Shown: positions 48,182 to 59,547, counted from the whole stretch's first letter. The stretch is 61,598 bases of DNA, filler included, from 5 parts of 5 records of this genome joined end to end with filler, not necessarily neighbours in it; one strand, 5' to 3'. The notes: generated by a model not told the origin, from the letters alone. Translations and numbers: made by a program.

Positions 48182-49459
48182 GGCTCTCCAACCCTAAAGA
48201 TTGTAACCTAGAGGGTTCCCGTCACCGCGCATCGTGCAGTAGGGACCTCCGGCGCACGAGATGTGCGAGGCGTTTGCAATCAGCGGGAGTACGCTGGCTC
48301 TCGTGGTTTTTTTATTATTATTATTTCATCCGAAGGATATCTCCGGAGAATATACTTTCAGGACACCTATCATCTACATAGTGAGGGCGAGGGCATCCCG
48401 CGCTACTTCTTACTCGCTGCGAGAAGCGGATGCGCGCCAGCATCCCCTGCCAGAGGCTTTCGAGAGACGGGAGAACCTCTCCAGCGCACGGTAGCATGAG
48501 CCTATTGCTTACACGGAAGCACGCAATCCACTCGGCATGCAACCCGAGGCGCACCAACGCTCGCAGCGGCCGAGAAGGCGGCACTGAAACTGCACACGGA
48601 CATGTGGATAATCATTGCTTTGAGTTCGCGAAGAACGTGGCGGACGAAGGGGAGCGTGCGCTCACTTCGCCAGAACTGCCGCGGATACTTCACGCTCTCG
48701 GACGAAAGCAACAGGAACGTAATTTGTGTGCTTTTTATTGACAAAAGAAGAACAGACGAAATAGCGACACGCTCTCGGGTCACTGGTCTTGCGAGCGGTG
48801 CAAAGCAGCAGCTCCCACACAGCAGCTGCTTGTCAGAGGTACACAGCACCCCGCGAGAATCGAAACGATCCAAGAGAGAGAGAAATCGCTCAAAGTTCCC
48901 GGGAAACGCTGATGCCACAGCAAAAAAAATATAGAAGCAGCTCTTCACATTGCAAGCAGTCTCTGCACCGAGGTAAATCGCACTGGAAGCCAAAGCGGCG
49001 GCGCGCCATCCCGCGAACGCTCGTCCCACGATGATCGGGCGCGGAGGATCAAAACTCGGTGCAACGGAGAGGAAAACATCCAGGCAAACGCGACACGCAC
49101 GCCGCCACAACTGCCATCAAGACCAGAATCTACCCGGGACGACAAGTGGCCGTGCCGTGCCCGTTCACACCAGGGGAAGCATGACCCACCAAGCCGCGTT
49201 CTCCGCGCCAACAACTCGCTTCCACTCACGCGAACCGCGCGAACCGACGCGACGCAAGCGCAGAACAGAACAGAGTTCAAGGCGTCACCTGCTGCACCAC
49301 ACGCACAATGCGCGTAGCAGGGACAAATGGCCTGTCGAAACACGGACTGAGCGCGCTGGCTCCGACCAAGTCATACACCCGCTACGTCAAACGCCATACG
49401 CGCAGATAGGCTGCGCTGACGATGAGAACAGAGGCAGCGTGCCGCCATAGGGTTCCAAT

Positions 49460-52400
49460 TTACCAGTCCTTCTTCGGGACGGCCCAGTCGCATGCGGACT
49501 CGATGCCGAGGTTGTTCGAGCCGCGGACAATGCGGAACCAACCGTTCTCTCCCCACGCGGTTCCCCACGAGTTGCGGCCGATCCAGTACTTCGTCCCATC
49601 GCTGTCGACGCCCCAGCCGACAATGGAGATCTCGTGCATGATCTGCGTCACGCCCGTGGTATCCTTGAAGATGCCGCCGTGGTAGTTCTCGAACTCCTCG
49701 GTGACGGCCATACCGCAGCCCATGGGGCCGCGCGCGTACAGCTCCTTCATCATTGCCGTCTCGCCCGACACGGTGCCGTGCTCTTCGATGAAGTACTTCT
49801 TCGGGTTCTGCACAGCGAAGCAGCCCTTGTCGGGGCTGCAGTTGCGGCAGATGTTGATGTCCGTGCACTGCGTGCCGTTACCCTCGGCACGGTAGTTCGA
49901 GCACGTGTCGTCGGTGATGCCGTTCTGGTAGATCCACTCGTACGCGGCGGTCGGATCACCTCCCCAGCAGCCGTGCGAGTCGCCGCCGGTGACGCAGTAC
50001 ACGAGGACCTGCGCGGCGAGCTTGATCTCCGGGAACGCGCCCTTGCGCATCATCTTGATGCGATCGCTGAGCGCGCTCGTCGTCCCCATGGTCCAGCAGG
50101 ATCCGCAGTAGCGCGGGATGTGCTGGTTCATGTTCAGAGTCACAAGGTTCTGCCCGTTGATGTTGCGCGGGTCGTACGACGCCGGAAGCTCGTCGTCGCG
50201 GATGTAATCCTGCGGCAGTGGCGACTTGATGACACCGCGGCGGACACCTTCGAGCTTCGGGTCGCGGCGCACACCCCAGTTGTTGTAGTCGAAGAACGTG
50301 CCCTTCTTGAACACCTGCGGCGTGTTGCCGTCGTTCACCGACTCGCTCTCCTCAGCAATCAGCGCCTCCTCGACAAGGTCGGCCGTGTTCTCGGACTCGG
50401 CAACCTCCTCGGTCTGCTCGCTCTCAAACGCAACCTCGGCCTCCGACGAAGGCTTCGACAGAGTCGGGACGCCCCAGGAGACGTCGTTCTCAATGCCAAG
50501 GTTGTCGTGGTGCATCTTGATACGGAAGAAGCCGTGCTCGCCCCAGTACGTGCCCCAGCTGTTGCGGCCAACCCAGTACTCGGTACCATCGCCAGCGACG
50601 CCCCAGCCAACAATCGAGATGATGTGGTTCGGGATCGGCACAAGCACAAACTCGGAGAAAATTCCGCCCTTGTACGCCTCGAACTTGTCCGTGACGTGAA
50701 TCGCACCCGCAACCGGGCCACGAGCGTAAATCTCGGCCTTGATCTTATCAGCGCCGTGGACGCTGCCAAACTCGTTGACATACCACATGGTGAAGTTGGT
50801 CACTGCAACGCACTTGCCCGGGCTGAAAGACTGCTTCGTCGGCGAGCACGTCTCGCAGATGCCGGTCGGCTTGCACTCGCCGTCCACAGCTTCGTAGTTC
50901 TGGCAAGTCTCATCGGGGAGGCCCTGCGACCGCATGTACTCGTACACGCCGCCGGGGTTGCCGCCGCCACAGCTGCCGCCGCCGCCGCAGTTCAGCAGGA
51001 CCTGCGGAGCGAGGTTCACTTCAGGGTAGGCACCCTTGCGCTGGATCGAAATACGATCCGAGAGCGCGCTCGTTGTTCCAAAGGCCCAGCAAGACCCGCA
51101 GTACTGCGGAATGTGCTGGTTGCGCGGCACGGTAAGATACTCCGTGTCGGTCCACGAGAAGTTTGCCGGAAGCGATGAAACATCGAGCACTTCGTGCGGG
51201 CGCTTCGACAGGACACGCTCGCCCTTGGGGAAGTGCGTCGGCCCGTGGAAGCACGCTTGGTGCTGCACTCGACATGCATCGGGAAAGGACGAGTGGAAGT
51301 CAGCAAAAAGACGGGATCAGAGACGATAGTTTCCAAGATTTGTAACGCTGCACGACGCCACGAGGACCGCACGGCGACGCCCACAGCGATCGGAGCAAAC
51401 TCCGCAGAGGCGCTCGGAAAAAAGGGGAAAAAAGCATCAACTCCCACAAACACAGGATGTAGGGCAGACTAAACTAAACGAGTTCAGAATTCCAAAGCAT
51501 GTGCGCTACAGTAATCTCACACACACGAATAGTACGGCAATATGCAGAAAGCTGAAAAAGTGGGGAATAATCCCGACACGGCGCGAAACGGTGCCTGCCA
51601 AACGAGCGTGGTGCCTGACTGCCGCCCAGAATGGCATGGTATGGTAATCCCTAACCCTAATAAAAAGCTTGTTTCTTGCATTGATTTGACTGATCCACAT
51701 TCGCGGAAGGGTCCTCTAATGCACCCATTACAATCGTTTTTGGTGTGACAGGATCGCGGTGTCAGACGCCGCACGCAGCTGTCGTGGCGAGACGACGGTC
51801 CGCGTGCGCAAGTGCCAGAGCGCGCGCCGCAGCGGCCACCACGGCCTTGCTGACTGACACCGTCCAACCAAGCGAAAGGCCCGCGCAGAGCCCTCGGCAC
51901 CCGCCGCACGTGCTAAATAGCGTCACCAACCCCTGCCAAGAACGATGCACCACTGCAGATCCAGCAGACGAGGAGCTAAATCTACAGCAATAAAATAATA
52001 CAAAGGCCGCGTATGAATGCAGGCGTCTACGCAGCGGTGCAGACTCGCCGTCCGGGAGCGCCGCCGCGCGCCGTGTAGGCGCCATGCGGTAGCCCAGGGG
52101 CCCCCAAACAAGCAAGCGCGCGCCCGCGTTGCGCCAAGGCCTCGCACAGGGCGTCACACGCAGCGCCAGCGCAGAGAAACCGCTGAGCCCGTTCAAAGCA
52201 ACCCCTGCTACGTATATCATTCTACCCTTTTCCTCAGTTGACATGAACTATTCAGAGAACCAGTACTCGAATACGTTGGATTCTCTCTGCAGCAAAAACG
52301 GAAGGCGAGTAACGGCTGACACCGCGCACCAGAGCAACGCGCGCGTGCGTGCGTGCGCGCATGGGAACCACGCCGGCTCGACGACCTAACGCACGCGTGC

Positions 52401-52540
52401 GCACAACGGCGCGACACGACGACGCTTGAAAGCGCTCTCAACCTCTTTTATCAACGCCCATAGAGCAGCTACATAAAGCTTGTCCTTACCTTGGCATTTG
52501 CCAGAAGAGCGAGGGCGAGAATCACAAGAGTGACCTTCAT
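49460..52540 (-). CDS. Tandem double-domain cathepsin Z/X-like cysteine protease (C1A), about 617 aa
   Basis: Signal-peptide exon 52540-52490 (MKVTLVILALALLANAK, GTAAGG donor) is in phase with exon 51262-49460. Two papain domains, each with NQHIPxYCGSCW, catalytic His (NHIIS / MHEIS) and RNSWG. Strong GC3 bias. Confidence 0.93.
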
Positions 52541-52852
52541 CGCGGAAACAAAACGAGTGCTTCGGGAAAGTTGAGATCTCACGTGCGAGCGCGCGAGAAT
52601 ATGAGTAGCTTTCACCCTTGGCGAGCAAAGAGAAAGCTATCAGCGTCGACGCCCGCGAGTACAGTGCAGGACAAAAACGTCGCCAATCGAGGGTCTGTCA
52701 AAGAGATTGAGGCGGAGTCCTGTGGTGGAAAAGGAAGTGTCTCGAATCTTCGCAACACTGCCCAACCCCAGCCAGCCGTAACGCGCACACAGCAAAGCGA
52801 ACTTGCCCTGTTGCGGCGCTCAACGAACATCATTGGAGCCCCTCGGCCCAGA

Positions 52853-52952
52853 NNNNNNNNNNNNNNNNNNNNNNNNNNNNNNNNNNNNNNNNNNNNTTAA
52901 TTAATTAANNNNNNNNNNNNNNNNNNNNNNNNNNNNNNNNNNNNNNNNNNNN
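52853..52952. other. Artificial contig spacer
   Basis: N44-TTAATTAATTAA-N44. Confidence 0.99.
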
Positions 52953-53377
52953 TCTGAGCCGACTAATGACGTGATATCACGTTCGTCACCTGCTCCTCAG
53001 AGAATTGTCATGGATGATAACCGTCTAAACACTTTGGATCGTAGCACCAGCATTGGATTGATCCTTTCCCGCTGGCTGGCCTGAGTCGTAGTAAGCGCGA
53101 TGGTATAGCGTCGATCAGGGTAGCTTGGAAAATAGGCTATCAACTTCCTCTCGCTTCAGCATTCTGGTGCCTGAGGGTCAGAATCAATCAATGCATCGTT
53201 GATAGAAGAGCCACAGTTAATGACCCGCACCGGTGTGTTCATAACAACCTTTGTAAAGTAGTTAGCGTAGAAGAGAGGTAGACCTTGGTATAATATGCTG
53301 CGCTGCATGATGTTGGCGCGGTATTGCGTTAGCCTTCACCATAAAGTGTCGTCATCCTGCTGTTTAATCTACTTATC

Positions 53378-54316
53378 GTGAGCCGTTTTGTTCCTATGCC
53401 TTCTATCTCGTTACCAACGCTACTGCCTCGCCACCTAGCCATTTTTCTGATGATGTCGGTGGCTACCATGTTCGCAGCTAACCACGTTTCCGCGCGGCTT
53501 GCGTTTGATAATGGTACTGGCTTACTTCTTGCGGTATTGATGCGTTCTGGCGTGGCGTGTTTGATTTTACTGACGTTGGTCGTGGTTCAAAAAAAGCGGC
53601 TTTGGCTACCGCCCGGCACATGGCCATGGCAGTTGGCAGTAGGGCTTCTGATTGCCATTCAAAGCGTGAGCCTTTATTCAGCGGTTGCACGTTTGCCGGT
53701 GGTCATTGCGCTGTTACTGGTTAACACCTTTCCTATTCAATTAGCGCTGTTAAGTTGGGCGCTGGGCGGACCTCGGCCTTCGCTGCGCAGTTGCCTGATT
53801 ATGGGCACTATTTTGATTGGGCTGCTCGTGGTACTCGATATACCGAGTTGGTTCGCGGATGCCAATGCCATGGGGCCTGAGTGGTTGGTTGGTATTGGGT
53901 TTGGGTTAAGTGCCGCTTTTGCGTTTGCTTGCGCGCTTTGGGTCACTGAGCATCGATTGGCAGGGGTTGGCAGCACCTTACGTAGCCTGCTGACCATGCA
54001 AACGGTGTTTATTGTCATGATTGTTGGTGGGGTGCTGGGTGTGGTTCCTGGAGGAATGAGCTTGCCAGATAACAGCGCAGGCTGGACAGGACTAGCCTTG
54101 TTAGCCTTGCTATACGGCAGTGCTTTTTCCCTACTGTTTATTTTTGTGCCACGCCTGGACATGGCGCGCAATGCTCCGGTGATGAACTTCGAGCCAGTAG
54201 CGTCGTTATTGCTTGGTTATATCGTTCTAGGTCAGATGCTAAGCCCAAGCCAACTCGTAGGTGGGGCAGTGGTCGTTGGTGGCATTGTTGTGCTCAGCCT
54301 TTCTAAAGGTAGGTAA
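53378..54316 (+). CDS. EamA/DMT family transporter
   Basis: About 10 TM segments in two repeats; NTFPI and MNFEPVASLLLGYIVLGQ motifs. ATG 53396 is an alternative start. Confidence 0.9.
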   Translation: MSRFVPMPSISLPTLLPRHLAIFLMMSVATMFAANHVSARLAFDNGTGLLLAVLMRSGVACLILLTLVVVQKKRLWLPPGTWPWQLAVGLLIAIQSVSLYSAVARLPVVIALLLVNTFPIQLALLSWALGGPRPSLRSCLIMGTILIGLLVVLDIPSWFADANAMGPEWLVGIGFGLSAAFAFACALWVTEHRLAGVGSTLRSLLTMQTVFIVMIVGGVLGVVPGGMSLPDNSAGWTGLALLALLYGSAFSLLFIFVPRLDMARNAPVMNFEPVASLLLGYIVLGQMLSPSQLVGGAVVVGGIVVLSLSKGR

Positions 54317-54433
54317 ACAGGAGAGGAAAAAGGAAACTGTGTGCAAGTTGGGCCGGCAGATTGCGTTCTCCTAAAGTATAAGCCAAAATTAAAAAGTGTA
54401 AGGAAACGCTGTTTTTTAACTGAGGTTTAACTT

Positions 54434-54943
54434 ATGAAGATGACCGTATTATCACTCACCTCTGCCGCTCTTTTAGTTGGTGCGGGTACGTTCGCGGCAT
54501 CGGCTCAAGCGCAACAATCCTTCCAGTACCCACAAGGATATGTGGGCGGCGATGCCATGTTTTGGAGCTTGAACCCAGAAAGAGGCTCTTCACGCGATGA
54601 CGTTGGTTTGCGTCTCCGTGGTGGGGCACAGTTCAATGATTATTTCGCCTTAGAAGGTCATTTGGGCACGGGTGGTTCAGATCGTGGCGCCGAGCTAAAT
54701 CATGTTGCGGGTGCTTATGCGAAAGGTATCGTACCCATTGCTCCAGAAGTGCGTTTGTATGGCTTGGCGGGCTTCACAGAGGTTGATATTAATAGCGACC
54801 GTGAAACCGGTTTCTCCTACGGTGCCGGTGCGGAAATGGATATCAGTTCCAATGTATCGGTAGGCGCTGACTACATGCGCTACCTGGATAAATCTGCCTA
54901 TGATTTTGATGCTGCCAGTGTAGGCCTAAAGTACCGGTTTTAA
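54434..54943 (+). CDS. Outer membrane beta-barrel (porin family, OmpA-like transmembrane domain) protein
   Basis: Signal peptide, amphipathic strands, C-terminal VGLKYRF BAM signal. Confidence 0.88.
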   Translation: MKMTVLSLTSAALLVGAGTFAASAQAQQSFQYPQGYVGGDAMFWSLNPERGSSRDDVGLRLRGGAQFNDYFALEGHLGTGGSDRGAELNHVAGAYAKGIVPIAPEVRLYGLAGFTEVDINSDRETGFSYGAGAEMDISSNVSVGADYMRYLDKSAYDFDAASVGLKYRF

Positions 54944-54981
54944 GGCAACAGCCAATACTTGATTAATCTACCAGTTGAAAC

Positions 54982-55021
54982 AAAGCCCTATCGCTAACCC
55001 TAGCGATAGGGCTTTTTTTTT
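54982..55021 (+). terminator. Rho-independent terminator
   Basis: AAAGCCCTATCGCTA-ACCC-TAGCGATAGGGC followed by T9. Confidence 0.93.
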
Positions 55022-55143
55022 GCGCTAAGCAAAGGGGCTTGCTAGCGAATGGTAAGGGTATCTGGTTAGCATAATAAGTTGATGTATCAAGGGAAAGTCA
55101 TTGGAGTGACTTTATTGAGCGCTTGTTCATAATGAAAATATTG

Positions 55144-55155
55144 TTAGCGTGCTAA
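55144..55155. promoter_or_regulatory. Putative SlyA/MarR operator TTAGCGTGCTAA
   Basis: Palindrome matching the SlyA consensus TTAGCAAGCTAA at 10/12, 85 bp upstream of the HlyD-family gene. Confidence 0.5.
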
Positions 55156-55240
55156 TGGTTTGTTAGACTAAAGTATTCCACCTAATAATATCTCCAAGCG
55201 GTGACATAGTCGCTTTGGTGCTCGTCAATGAGAAATCTCA

Positions 55241-56302
55241 ATGTCCCCTGATCAAAAATTTACTCGCTGGGTGAAAATAGCCCTGTCCGTATTTCTATTG
55301 CTGTTCGTTTACTTCTTAATGGCCGACAGTTTTATGCCCATGACACCTGAGGCGCGGGCAATGCGCCCCGTCACCAGTATTGCTCCTGAGCTAAGCGGCC
55401 CTGTGCAAGAAGTCGTGGTGAGCGACCATCAGCCGGTAACCCAGGGTGATGTGCTATTTCGCTTAGACCCATCGCCCTTTCAAATCGCTCACTCCCAAGC
55501 CCAATTAAACCGGGAGCAAGCGGAGCAAGAAAACGCTCGCTTAAATGCAGAGCTAGCGGCTGCCAGGGCATCACTTGCCTCGGCACAGGCTACTTTCGAT
55601 GAGCGCAGCGGTGAGCGCCGTCGTGCTGAGGCGCTTCTTGGGCGTCAGGGGATTTCTCGCCAGCAATACGAACAGCAGGTCGCGGCCGAACATACCGCAC
55701 AGGCGGCTGTGGCATCTGCCCAGGCACAGATTGAAAGTTTAGAGGTACAGTTAGGAGAAGAGGGCGACGATAACTTACGCCTTCGCCAAGCGAATAATGC
55801 CCTTGAAAAAGCTGAGCTGGATTTAGCCCATACGGTGGTAAAAGCGCCAGAGTCCGGTGTGGTCGCTAATCTTCAGCTACAGCCTGGCCATTATGTGCAG
55901 GCGGGGCAGCCTGCAGTGGCGCTGGTCGCGAGCACGGTAGAGGTCGTGGCTGATTTTCGTGAAAAGAGCCTGCGCCATGTGGTGCTTGGCGATGAAGCAA
56001 AAGTGGTCTTCGATGCGTTGCCTGGACAAATTTTTGAAGGGCATGTCAGTGCCTTTGATGCCGGCACCCGCGCAGGCCAGCAGGCAGTGGATGGTCAACT
56101 TGTGGATATTCCTGCTTCAGATCGTTGGATACGAGATGCGCAACGTGCGCGTATTCATGTGGCGTTAGATACGCCGTTGACTGAACTACCCCCGAGTGGT
56201 GCGCGGGCAACGGTGCAACTAGTGCCGGGCGAACATGCAATGGCTAAGCCGTTTGCGTGGTTGCAGGCGCACCTGATTAGTTGGCTGCACTATGTTTATT
56301 AA
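55241..56302 (+). CDS. HlyD family efflux membrane fusion protein
   Basis: TM anchor, lipoyl halves (IAPELSGPV..GDVLFRLDP; VKAPESGVVANL), alpha-hairpin. Confidence 0.92.
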   Translation: MSPDQKFTRWVKIALSVFLLLFVYFLMADSFMPMTPEARAMRPVTSIAPELSGPVQEVVVSDHQPVTQGDVLFRLDPSPFQIAHSQAQLNREQAEQENARLNAELAAARASLASAQATFDERSGERRRAEALLGRQGISRQQYEQQVAAEHTAQAAVASAQAQIESLEVQLGEEGDDNLRLRQANNALEKAELDLAHTVVKAPESGVVANLQLQPGHYVQAGQPAVALVASTVEVVADFREKSLRHVVLGDEAKVVFDALPGQIFEGHVSAFDAGTRAGQQAVDGQLVDIPASDRWIRDAQRARIHVALDTPLTELPPSGARATVQLVPGEHAMAKPFAWLQAHLISWLHYVY

Positions 56303-57374
56303 AGCGGCTATTAAAACGTTTATTAAAAAGACGCCTGTAGTCGCTGTTAATAAGCCAGCGCTCTCTCAAAATGGCCTGCGCCAGTGCCTGCGGGTAGCGG
56401 GAGGCGGTTCGCTGGGGTTTATTATTAGCCAATTGATGGGCTGGAATTATGGCGTTTTTTTTACCGTTTTCCCGATGTTCTTGTTGGGTATGGTGCCCAT
56501 TTTAAATAGCAGCATCATTCGCCAGTTTTTGGCGAACGTTAGCTTGAATGCTTTGGAAGTCAGCTTGGTGGTGGGGCTTCTAAAGCATATGCCGGTAGTG
56601 ATGACGCTGGTCGTACTAGGTCTGTTTTTGCTGCGCTTCAATCTAATGGCAAAAGGCCCGCTGTTTCTGTTTGGCGCGAATGGTGTGTTGACGCTAAGCA
56701 TATTGCTGCACTTTGCTAGCTACCCTGGTGTTGATTTAAGCGATCTCTTGGCGAGTAATATTATGGCTAGCCTGCTGGCGGTATTTATCGCCATGTTGAT
56801 GCATACGCTATTTCCCGATGTTGAACCTCGCCAGCTACCACCGCGTGGTGCAAAGCCTGCAGCCCAAATTCGCCATGAAACATTGATGGGCGGCATTACG
56901 GCCACACTCTCGTTCGTAGTGTTCCAAATGTTTGACCTCAGAGATTCGCTGTCAGCGCAAATGGCCACCATTCTGATTCTGTTTGCTTTAGGTTATTCCG
57001 GCGCTCGAGTGTCGGCAGGTAAGCGAGCCATCGGCACGCTACTAGGCTGCAATCTGGCGCTGGCAATGCAGCTATTGCTTTACACCCAAAGCCATCATTT
57101 TTTGCTGGTGATTTTGCTCTATTGGCTTGGACTAATGCTGTTTGCTAGAGAACATATTTTGGAAGGTGGCGGCTCAGGCATTGGCTTTGGAGGGCTGACA
57201 ACGTTGGGTATTCTCTTTGGCCAATCGTTAGGCCCGCAGCAAGACCTTGTTTATAGTGCGCTTTATCGGTTCTCTTCGATGAGCGTTGCGCTCGTGGGCA
57301 CCTTGTTGGTAATGGCTTGTTTGCACTGTTTGCTAAATAGTTGGCAGCCAACGCGCCTGCCTAAAAGTAATTGA
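56292..57374 (+). CDS. DUF2955-type (FUSC-like) inner membrane protein
   Basis: LRQCLRVAGG..WNYGVFFTVFPMFLLG, multi-TM, overlaps the HlyD gene; start uncertain. Confidence 0.75.
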   Translation: MFIKAAIKTFIKKTPVVAVNKPALSQNGLRQCLRVAGGGSLGFIISQLMGWNYGVFFTVFPMFLLGMVPILNSSIIRQFLANVSLNALEVSLVVGLLKHMPVVMTLVVLGLFLLRFNLMAKGPLFLFGANGVLTLSILLHFASYPGVDLSDLLASNIMASLLAVFIAMLMHTLFPDVEPRQLPPRGAKPAAQIRHETLMGGITATLSFVVFQMFDLRDSLSAQMATILILFALGYSGARVSAGKRAIGTLLGCNLALAMQLLLYTQSHHFLLVILLYWLGLMLFAREHILEGGGSGIGFGGLTTLGILFGQSLGPQQDLVYSALYRFSSMSVALVGTLLVMACLHCLLNSWQPTRLPKSN

Positions 57375-57480
57375 GGTAACTTTTCTAACAAAGGCTACGC
57401 TAAGGAAGGTGTCGCCATTCGAAGTGAGTATTCACTTAGTGAGCGGCATCATCCCCACTAACGGATTAGAGGTGTTCGTC

Positions 57481-57660
57481 ATGGCAAGTGGCAAAGAAGA
57501 TAAAGTGAAAGGTACTGTCAATAAGGCCGCCGGAAAAGTGAAGGAAGCAGCTGGTAAAGTAACCGGCAGTAGTAAAACAGAAGCTAAGGGTAAAGCCCAA
57601 CAAGTAAAGGGCGAGCTGCAGAAAGGTAAAGGTAAGGCCAAAGAGAAGGCTAAGAAATAG
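57481..57660 (+). CDS. CsbD family general stress protein
   Basis: EDKVKG..KAAGKVKEAAGKVTG..EAKGKAQQVKG, 59 aa, GAGG RBS. Confidence 0.88.
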   Translation: MASGKEDKVKGTVNKAAGKVKEAAGKVTGSSKTEAKGKAQQVKGELQKGKGKAKEKAKK

Positions 57661-57682
57661 CGTCTAGCCAGGGTATTTCAAT

Positions 57683-57715
57683 GCCAACAGAGGTCAATAA
57701 CCTCTGCTGGCTTTT
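57683..57715 (+). terminator. Hairpin terminator between csbD-like gene and convergent transporter
   Basis: GCCAACAGAGGT-CAATA-ACCTCTGCTGGC-TTTT. Confidence 0.7.
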
Positions 57716-57724
57716 GGTAGTGAC

Positions 57725-59191
57725 TCAGTAGTGGCCAAGCAGCTTCCACCATAAACCACCAACGACTACCCAGATGAGCAGGTTCACCACGCTCATAATG
57801 AAACCTGCTTTCCACCACTCTCCCAGCGTCAGGTAGCCTGAGCCAAATATGACGGGTGAGGTGCCTGTGGCGTAATGGGTTAAGGTCATCATAATCGAAG
57901 ATGTGGCCGCCATAATCAGCACAAAAGGCATAGGTGGGGCGCCGAGGCTTAAGCCAACGGTGAGAAATGCTGCCATCATCGCGGTGATGTGTGCAGTCGT
58001 GCTGGCAAAAAAGTAGTGGGTATAAAGAAAGGTGAGTACCAAGAGTGCAGAGGCTCCCGCCCAACCAATCCCCATCGTGGTAATCCAGCTCTGCATATTC
58101 GCTGAAAACCAACTAATTAGGCCTGTTTCGTTAAGCTGGCTAGCCATCATAATAAGAGCACCAAACCACAGCAGCGTATCCCAGGCATTTTTTTCTTTCA
58201 GCACATCTTCCCAGGTCAAAACCCCTGTTAGCAGCAGTAGCGATAGGCCAATAAACGCAGACGTTGTGGTGTTAAGTGTGAACGCATCCCCCAGGAATAT
58301 CGCTGGGATATCCGCCCAAAGCAAAAGCAGCACTAAGAAAACGAACAGCATAATGCCTTCGTTACGGCTTAGTTTTCCTAGTTCGGCAAGTTTATCTCTC
58401 GCCAATTGAGTGGCATTTGGGGTTTCTTTAATTTCCGGTGGGTAAAGCAAGTACAGAATGTACGGCATCGCCAGGATGGCGACCAAGCCCGGCAGCAGCA
58501 TGGCGACCGCCCAGGTTAACCAGCTCAGCTGTATTTCCGCTCCGGTGGCGGACGAGATAAGTTGAACGGTTAATGGGTTAGGAGCGGTGGCGGTAATGAA
58601 CATAGCCGAGGTGATGGGGTTGCTGTGGTAATTCACCAGCGCTAGATATTTGCCGATTTTACCCGACGTGTTGTCTTCAGGATGAGAGTCAAAGCTGTGA
58701 GCGATAGAGCGCATAATGGGATGAATGATACCGCCACCCCGTGCGGTATTACTGGGTGTGACCGGTGCAATTGAAAGTTCGGAAAAGGCGAGGCCATAGC
58801 CGATCCCCAACGTACGCTTGCCAAAAATCGAGATGAAGTAGTAGCCAATACGCGCACCCAGGCCAGTTTTAATCAACCCGCGTGAAATCATAATCGCAAT
58901 GGCAATTAACCAGATAAGTGGGTTGGCATAACTGCTTAAGGCGACAGTGATGGCCTTGCCTGGCGTATCGCCGGTAACGCCGCTGGCCGCGACAATAGAA
59001 ATCGCAATCACAGAGATCGCCCCAATAGGCATGGCTTTGCCGATGATCGCGACAATGGTACCGACAAATATTGCCAGCATAAGCCAAGCGTTTGGCGTCA
59101 GCCCTTCTGGCAAAGGAATTACCAGCCAAATCAATAAAGTGGTGGCCACAGCAATTGCGGTCGACCAGGGGTTGAAAGGTAGTGTCGGCAT
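57725..59191 (-). CDS. DASS family divalent anion (di/tricarboxylate) permease, CitT/TtdT/YbhI-like
   Basis: APVTPSNTARGGG, SAMFITATAPN, HYFFASTTAH, THYATGTSPVIFGSGY. Confidence 0.93.
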   Translation of the reverse strand: MPTLPFNPWSTAIAVATTLLIWLVIPLPEGLTPNAWLMLAIFVGTIVAIIGKAMPIGAISVIAISIVAASGVTGDTPGKAITVALSSYANPLIWLIAIAIMISRGLIKTGLGARIGYYFISIFGKRTLGIGYGLAFSELSIAPVTPSNTARGGGIIHPIMRSIAHSFDSHPEDNTSGKIGKYLALVNYHSNPITSAMFITATAPNPLTVQLISSATGAEIQLSWLTWAVAMLLPGLVAILAMPYILYLLYPPEIKETPNATQLARDKLAELGKLSRNEGIMLFVFLVLLLLWADIPAIFLGDAFTLNTTTSAFIGLSLLLLTGVLTWEDVLKEKNAWDTLLWFGALIMMASQLNETGLISWFSANMQSWITTMGIGWAGASALLVLTFLYTHYFFASTTAHITAMMAAFLTVGLSLGAPPMPFVLIMAATSSIMMTLTHYATGTSPVIFGSGYLTLGEWWKAGFIMSVVNLLIWVVVGGLWWKLLGHY

Positions 59192-59368
59192 AATGGATAC
59201 CTATAGATTAAAAAAACAGCAGCCAGCGGTACACTTGGTATAAGTAAGATAGCGCGCTAAATGCTATTTAAGTCTATAGATATCTAATGTATCTCTCATT
59301 GTTCCACGTCAATTGCCGTTCCATCATCCAGTGGGCTCAATAGTGATGGGGTATCACTCACTTCAATC

Positions 59369-59515
59369 ATGCCTACCATGATGAAAGCGGCAATTTTTGT
59401 TGAGCCTGGGCGCATTGAAATTGACGACAAGCCCAATGGCCCCTTTATTAGCGTGGCTGTCGACGAAAAACTCGCTAGCGTCCACAGTGGCAACGATGAC
59501 CGCTGTATCCAATAG
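59369..59515 (+). pseudogene. 5' remnant of a zinc-dependent alcohol dehydrogenase
   Basis: The first 22 codons MPTMMKAAIFVEPGRIEIDDKP look like an MDR dehydrogenase N-terminus; unrelated sequence follows and the frame stops after 48 aa. Confidence 0.6.
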
Positions 59516-59547
59516 CGAGTTTTTCGGATTTAAGGGATAGCCAGTGC

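Noticed and set aside
48300-49400. Possible small gene between the tRNA and the cathepsin
   Set aside because: Scattered donor-like sites, but no supportable reading frame
49634-51178. 514-aa antisense ORF opposite the cathepsin gene, and similar long antisense ORFs over the CLASP and WDR7 exons
   Set aside because: Shadow ORFs caused by high GC3 codon bias; no domain signature
52953-53250. Short minus-strand ORFs at the start of the Halomonas-like contig
   Set aside because: All under 30 aa with no recognisable similarity
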